From Candidatus Melainabacteria bacterium 17Bon1m (GTDB taxonomy: Bacteria; Cyanobacteriota; Vampirovibrionia; Obscuribacterales; Obscuribacteraceae): a stretch of 64,000 bases of DNA. Each line of letters opens with the position of its first letter. The first letter of the stretch is position 1. The position numbers were made by a program, and so were the translations under genes. This document shows positions 58,548-64,000 of this stretch, piece after piece. The notes beneath the pieces are model-generated. The model was given only the letters and a program-made list of their open reading frames with translations. It had not been told where the DNA came from and ran no database searches. The stretch lies in contig JAVLKG010000006.1 in NCBI GenBank assembly GCA_032128875.1, forward strand, positions 128,001-192,000, in the 5' to 3' direction.

Positions 58548-59393
58548 TATTTCTCCTCCCGAGAATTTGTTTGGCGGTTAGGAAGTTGCTTTGCACTGGA
58601 CTAGTAATAGTTTGTGCTTAGAACCGTGTCACTGTCTCTAATTGAGTCGGACCCTTGCCACCATTGATACTAAGAGTACGAATTCATTTCAATTTGCACT
58701 CTATCAATCACACCACACGTTTAATACATTACTTTCTCTTGGCCGAAATTGCAATATATGGATCACCTCGCGCAAGCGATCGAGTTGCTCGAATTCGATC
58801 ATCGATCAGTGATCGCATTTCATTGAAACCCGCATGATAACTCGCTTCTATTTAGGCACCACTGCTGATGGCCCCTCGTTTGGGGGACGAAAAAAAAATT
58901 TTTCGAGTTTGAAACATTTTTTTCGAGGTTTTGGATCTGTTGGTCGCAAAAGTTTCAATTTCGACCTTGATCGAAGCGCAATTTTCTTTTGTTCACTGCT
59001 GGTTTTGCAGTGTGTGAAAACCCGCATGATAAGCGTGTTGGCGAAGAGTGTAAAACAATCGCGCACTGCGTTTTTTTGTTTCCAAATTGTTCTTTTGATC
59101 GGACCAAAAAGTGGCGTATCAGGATTTTCACAACTTTGAAAAATTTTGGTCGTGTATTTAACATGCATATACACTTTCTGAAAAATCGAACAGAAATCAC
59201 TCGAAGAAAAAGGCTGTTTGGACTTTTGCTCCAATCTAAATTTTGAGGTTCGAAATATACGCGCCTGTTTGCATTTGCGAACGCAGGACAATTGCAAATG
59301 GAATTTCCCATTTTCGCTGACGTCAGAATGCGCGTGCGGAAAATTTCCCGCAAAGCTATGTGTAGCTTCCGAAAGAGAATTGCGTGACTAAAA

Positions 59394-60377
59394 TTAGAGT
59401 CTTCCGACGAATCCAAAGGCAGATCGGAAACCTTCAGTCTGCAACTGAGGTAAATCAGTAAAATCGATCACATCATGATCGATCAAGCGTTCGTATTCAC
59501 CAGGAAGCGTACAGGGCGCGGGATTCCGGCCTGGGTTGTCCGTACAAATCGCAATCGCAACTCCATATTCTTTACACCGCTCAAACACAACTTTCAATTC
59601 GCTCAGATCCTTGATTGAACCGGTCTGTAAGTAGCTTGTCGGACAAACTTCCAGAGTGATCTGACGTTTTGCAACTTCCTTCAACAGATCAGGACGCGAA
59701 ATTGGAATGTGAATGCCATGACCAATCCTATCGAGGACTGAAAAGTAATCTGGGTGGACATTCTCGGCGCTTGTCTCGCCGAGGTGGCAGGTTGTTTTAA
59801 GACCAAACGATCTGGCCTTGCGAAGGAGGTTTACCCAAACCTCATATTTTTCCGGATCGATTTCCGGACCGGCGAGATCAATTCCAACCACAGGACCCAG
59901 ATTCTCTTTTGCAACATTGAGAATCGCTTCATTGAGATGTTGCGGAAGTCGTCTATCGAGACAGAGGATCTGCTTCACGGTAATGGGATACTCAGCCGGT
60001 CTTACGTTGGCAGAGATGATTTCTATAATCTCCTGCATCAACTCAATTCTGCGTTCGGGAGGTTGAGTGTGATCGGTTCGAAAGTAAGGATTGTATCGAA
60101 GTTCGAGATATTGAAGATTTTCGAAAGTGTATGCGCCTCTGCAAAGTCGTTTGCAGAAATACGGAAGGTGCTTTGCACTCTGTAATTCTTCAACCAGTGT
60201 GTGGATTTTGACAAACTCTTCTAATGTTTTGCACTGGCGCGTAAACCAAGTGTAGAAGCCGTCATAGTCAGGAAAGTAACTCAATACTGCATGATCATGC
60301 AATTGCAGGAATTTGTAGATGATTCTCGGGTGAAGTGCGCCGCCGAGATGTCGATGAAGATCAGCGTATAAAGCCAT
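59394..60377 (-). CDS. add: Adenosine deaminase family protein
   Basis: DLHRHLGG, YLELRY, GIDLAGPE, HLGE, RIGHG, EVCPTS, TDNP. Confidence 0.9.
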   Translation of the reverse strand: MALYADLHRHLGGALHPRIIYKFLQLHDHAVLSYFPDYDGFYTWFTRQCKTLEEFVKIHTLVEELQSAKHLPYFCKRLCRGAYTFENLQYLELRYNPYFRTDHTQPPERRIELMQEIIEIISANVRPAEYPITVKQILCLDRRLPQHLNEAILNVAKENLGPVVGIDLAGPEIDPEKYEVWVNLLRKARSFGLKTTCHLGETSAENVHPDYFSVLDRIGHGIHIPISRPDLLKEVAKRQITLEVCPTSYLQTGSIKDLSELKVVFERCKEYGVAIAICTDNPGRNPAPCTLPGEYERLIDHDVIDFTDLPQLQTEGFRSAFGFVGRL

Positions 60378-60571
60378 TAGGTTTGAAACTCACTAGGAAG
60401 GGGCTGCCGTATTTTGCAAATGCATTGGATTCTACAGAACTTATACCTCGCATTCGCAGTCACTCATTTTTGTAGGGAATAACAAACAGTGTAAGAACGG
60501 CCGGCGAGGTGCCGATTTCACTTGCACTGTACTATATATATGGAATGTCGTATAAAAGGTCCTGACATAAC

Positions 60572-61282
60572 ATGAAAAGCATGGCCCAGTTACCGTTTGC
60601 CAGTTTTATGCGGCGCGCACTCCCGTTGACAATGCTATCGACGGCGCTCGTAACTCTTTCTTTTTTCCAGACGACCATGCCGGCTTTTGCAAGTGACCCT
60701 GTTGTTTGTTTGAACACGACCAAAGGGCCGATTTACATCCGTGTATTCGTAGGTATGGTTCCGAATACCGGCGGCGCTTTTCTTGATCTGGTGCAGCGAG
60801 GATTTTATAGCGGTTCTGCTTTTCACCGTGTGGAAAGTTGGTGTATTCAAGGCGGCGGTCCGAATGGTAATCCCAATGGCGTCTTCGTACACCCTGAATC
60901 AGGACAGGTGCGCAGATTGCGGCTCGAAATCAATCGCAACTTATCGCATAGCGGCCCTGGTGTAGTTGCAATGGCGCGCACGCAAGATCGAAATTCTGCA
61001 AGCTGCCAATTCTACATAACAAAACAGCAGACACGTTTCCTGGATGGCAATTACGCGATTTTCGGCGGCGTTGTTCAAGGTATGAATACTGTTTTTTCAA
61101 TTCGCCCAGGCGATGGAATTTTGAGTGCGGAAATTGTTTCGGATGGCTCAGCCCCACCGCCTCAGCAACAACAAGTCGAAGAAACTCCTCCGCCGACTCC
61201 TCAACCTCGTGGAAGAAGAGGAACCGGCGGTTCGCAAACACCTGCGATACAGCAAGGAAAACCGCAAGACAGCGGATTCTAG
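60572..61282 (+). CDS. Second secreted cyclophilin-type PPIase
   Basis: [39 protein letters not shown]. Confidence 0.93.
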   Translation: MKSMAQLPFASFMRRALPLTMLSTALVTLSFFQTTMPAFASDPVVCLNTTKGPIYIRVFVGMVPNTGGAFLDLVQRGFYSGSAFHRVESWCIQGGGPNGNPNGVFVHPESGQVRRLRLEINRNLSHSGPGVVAMARTQDRNSASCQFYITKQQTRFLDGNYAIFGGVVQGMNTVFSIRPGDGILSAEIVSDGSAPPPQQQQVEETPPPTPQPRGRRGTGGSQTPAIQQGKPQDSGF

Positions 61283-61517
61283 CGCAGGCTGTTGATGATT
61301 TTAATGCCACTGTATATGGTGGCGAAAACTAAACTCTTGTTCACTCGAATACTCGTATAAAAGCCACTAGTCAAGTGGTGAAAAATAGCTTGCCAAGCGT
61401 TTTGGATATTTGATTCGGGTGCATAAAACAAACAGCGAATTGCGTTTGATGTTTATACCAATGTTTGTGGGCGGTATTCACCGCACACAGCAGACCTTCG
61501 TTGCTTAGGAGGCTTCC

Positions 61518-62792
61518 ATGTCGACCCGTTTAACACGGGCACTTCTTTCGTGCCTTTTTGTACAGACATTCGTTGCATCTTCAGTGCCAGTAATGGCTAT
61601 GGAGCCGACGTCTATGAATCTGGGACCCGGAAACAATTTGTCGATCACAATCGACGGCCCAATCACTAATGATGATGTTGCCGGTCCGACAGAAAAGGTG
61701 AAGACGCCGACATTTGCAGTCGACGCTCCGCAAGGTTGGGATCAAGTTGCTCCCGTATCTAAAGTAGCTCCTCTCTCGAGCGCTGCTCCCAAGCATGCAC
61801 CAATGCCAGGACCGACCCTGAGAGTCAGTCATCCTACTGTTCAAAAGAAAGTAGAAGGACCGTCGTCACCTAGAATTCTCGCAATGGCAACTCTGCCTTG
61901 CGATACTGCAGAATCCGGTGACACTCAAATCATTGTCGTTGATAATGATCTTGAAAATGAAAAAGAGATTCTCAAAGAAGAATCCTATTGCAATGAAATC
62001 GTTGACGAGAATGGAAACTCTAGAATCTCGGCCGGTTCACGTTTTCGAGTTGCCGTTCTTTCGACTTTGAATAGCCACACTGCCAAAGTAAATGATCCGG
62101 TTGAAGCTCGTCTGAAAAACGACCTGGTCATACACGGAAAACTAATTGCCAAAGCAGGCAGCATTGTTCACGGAAAAGTAAGCACAGCTGCACCAGCCCG
62201 TAGAATGCTCACAGCCGAACTCTCAAGCAAGAGATGGATGAGAGCCAACGGAGCGCTAGGGCTCAATTTCTACGAAATCGTAACTGATAGTGGAGAACAC
62301 CTTCCACTTTCAGCTGCACCTGCTCGTCAGGCACGCATCGTGAAAAACGTCAACGAAGGAAGAGTACTCGGCGTAAATCACAACGGCGAAGTTGTATCTC
62401 CACTTTCAACTCAGTTGAAACACCAGGCCGCTCACCTGGCTATCCGCGGAGCCGCATCGGCAACCGGTGTCTTCAGTTTCGGCGCAGTACCACTGGCTTA
62501 CGGGGTAGTCGGCGCAATCAACCCATCGTTTGCATTCTTGCATCCAGTTGGCAAAAACGTTCGTCACAGAAGATTGAAAGGGTTTGGCATGGGAGTAATC
62601 TCAGGTTTGCCCGGCGGATTTTTGATTGCTGATTCGATCATCAAAGGTGTTGAAGCAGTTGTAAAACCTGGCGATGAATTCCTCGCCGAGTTCAAACAAG
62701 ACTTCACCGGCGAGCCCGAAACCGACGCCAGCATTCTGTCTTCGGGTCAAGGCAAAGTTCATGGACAAGTTTTGAAGACGGACGGTAAATAA
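61518..62792 (+). CDS. Exported hypothetical protein with TrbI/VirB10-like beta domain
   Basis: Signal peptide; VLSTLNSHTAKVNDPVEARL...LIAKAGSIVHGKV; AGGAGG RBS. Confidence 0.75.
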   Translation: MSTRLTRALLSCLFVQTFVASSVPVMAMEPTSMNLGPGNNLSITIDGPITNDDVAGPTEKVKTPTFAVDAPQGWDQVAPVSKVAPLSSAAPKHAPMPGPTLRVSHPTVQKKVEGPSSPRILAMATLPCDTAESGDTQIIVVDNDLENEKEILKEESYCNEIVDENGNSRISAGSRFRVAVLSTLNSHTAKVNDPVEARLKNDLVIHGKLIAKAGSIVHGKVSTAAPARRMLTAELSSKRWMRANGALGLNFYEIVTDSGEHLPLSAAPARQARIVKNVNEGRVLGVNHNGEVVSPLSTQLKHQAAHLAIRGAASATGVFSFGAVPLAYGVVGAINPSFAFLHPVGKNVRHRRLKGFGMGVISGLPGGFLIADSIIKGVEAVVKPGDEFLAEFKQDFTGEPETDASILSSGQGKVHGQVLKTDGK

Positions 62793-62893
62793 ACCGTTCA
62801 AACGCAACGCAGATCTAAGAGGGTGCCCCTGATCAGGTGCCCTCTTCGATTTTTTAGTCGTATTTACTCAAATTGAACTTTGCGAATTGTTGT

Positions 62894-64000
62894 TTAGCGA
62901 GCGTTTGCCAACCGCATCGACATAATCAAGTTTGGATTGCCCGCTTTGTCGGTCAACTTTCCATTCTTCATCAAGTCCCTTTCCTCAAGCCAGGACTCGA
63001 ATTCCGGCGCCGGTCTCAAATTCATCAGCGCTCTGAGAGATGCTGCGTCATGAAAACTGGTTGACTGATACGAGAGCATCACATCGTCACCCATCGGCAC
63101 ACCCATAAAATAATTCACGCCGGCAAGTATAAGCAGCATGGAAAGATTTTCTAGATCGTTTTGATCTGCATTCATGTGATTCGTGTAGCAAGCATCGATT
63201 CCCATAGGAACCCCCAAAAGCTTGCCCATGAAGTGGTCTTCAAGCCCAGCCCGTATCATTTGCCTGCCGTCTTTCAAATATTCAGGTCCGATAAAGCCAA
63301 CCACATCGTTGACGAGAAATGGATTGAATTGTCTTGCCAGTGCATAACAACGTGCTTCAAGCGTAACTTGATCCGCACCCTCGTGCGTATGCGAAGAAAG
63401 TTCGGAGCCTTGTCCTGTTTCAAAATACATGTACTGTCCACCGGCTACCCGAGCCAATTTTGAGCCGAGTGCCGTGCCTTCTTTCAACATGTCGTTGTCG
63501 ATGCCGAATGCCTTATTGCCTTTTTCGCAACCAGCAATGCTCTGAAAAATTAGTCCGGCAGGCGCACCTCTTTCAATCGCTTTTAACTGCGTTGTAAGGT
63601 GACTGAGGATGCAGTTTTGAGTCGGAAGGGATAATTCCTCGATCAAAGAATTTGTCGCCTCCAGGAGCCGAGCAACTGTGTCTGGTGTGTCATACGCAGG
63701 ATTTATTCCTATGACCGCGTCACCAACACCGTATGACAAACCTTCGTAAATCGATGCCAAAATTCCATCGAGCGAATCAGATGGATGATTAGGTTGTAAT
63801 CGAATCGCCAGTCGGCCTTTCAACCCGAGAGTCGTTTTGGCTCTTGCAATAACTCGCAGCTTCGATGCCGCCAAAACCAGGTCCATACTGGACATCAACT
63901 TGGTTACAGCGGCCGCCATCTCGCCCGTCAAGGCATTGCCGATTTTTCTCTCACTAAGAGTTTCCTCGTCTTCACTAAGCAAAAATTCCCTTAGCTCGCC
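62894..64000 (-). CDS. eutB: Ethanolamine ammonia-lyase large subunit (5' end outside window)
   Basis: RLQPNHP, GDAVIGINP, YFETGQGSELS, VVGFIGPEYL, RAGLEDHFMGKLLGVPMG, CYTNH, YQSTSFHD. Confidence 0.96.
   Translation of the reverse strand, partial: GELREFLLSEDEETLSERKIGNALTGEMAAAVTKLMSSMDLVLAASKLRVIARAKTTLGLKGRLAIRLQPNHPSDSLDGILASIYEGLSYGVGDAVIGINPAYDTPDTVARLLEATNSLIEELSLPTQNCILSHLTTQLKAIERGAPAGLIFQSIAGCEKGNKAFGIDNDMLKEGTALGSKLARVAGGQYMYFETGQGSELSSHTHEGADQVTLEARCYALARQFNPFLVNDVVGFIGPEYLKDGRQMIRAGLEDHFMGKLLGVPMGIDACYTNHMNADQNDLENLSMLLILAGVNYFMGVPMGDDVMLSYQSTSFHDAASLRALMNLRPAPEFESWLEERDLMKNGKLTDKAGNPNLIMSMRLANAR

Noticed and set aside
58045-58581. 178-aa Ala/Phe/Leu-rich + strand ORF
   Set aside because: Antisense shadow of the Lys/Ala repeat gene, which has the RBS
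58548-59393. oriC, or coding ORFs 58834-59416
   Set aside because: No DnaA-box cluster or dnaA nearby; overlapping ORFs in several frames show no recognisable motifs

Overview
A mostly housekeeping 64-kb bacterial chromosomal segment. The cyanobacterial-type FurA, RNase E, UvrA, DciA and adenosine deaminase, the absence of photosynthesis genes here, and many secreted lineage-specific hypotheticals suggest a non-photosynthetic cyanobacterial relative (Melainabacteria/Vampirovibrionia, possibly Obscuribacterales); this assignment is inference. Recognisable genes: uvrA, fur-feoA, rne, TIGR03960/TIGR03936 radical SAM fusion, PHP, ymdB, hsp20, APC permease, a giant S55 peptidase, two cyclophilins, ftsEX, dciA, aroE, exbD-exbB-tonB/tolA-like, sppA, miaA, spoIID/lytB, tlyA, add and a truncated eutB. 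The standout is a RiPP-like cluster at 53686-57040 (- strand): two secreted Lys-rich Cys-repeat precursors, a DUF692 multinuclear non-heme iron oxidase, a DUF2063-type partner and a YceI protein. It resembles the oxazolin (Hvf) and bufferin metal-binding systems but has a different core repeat (E-x-S/A-C-K-G/S-K x6) and YceI where DoxX usually sits. Other leads: a 26-bp palindrome array upstream of an orphan DUF6088 gene, with a similar pair 28 kb away; an atypical tRNA-Ser(UGA); a split trypsin-like pseudoprotease/DUF4388/TonB-C fusion; a membrane protein with six LRSPLLGG-type motifs; a candidate structured RNA; and a Lys-rich extension on UvrA. All family calls are by eye from motifs; no database search was run.
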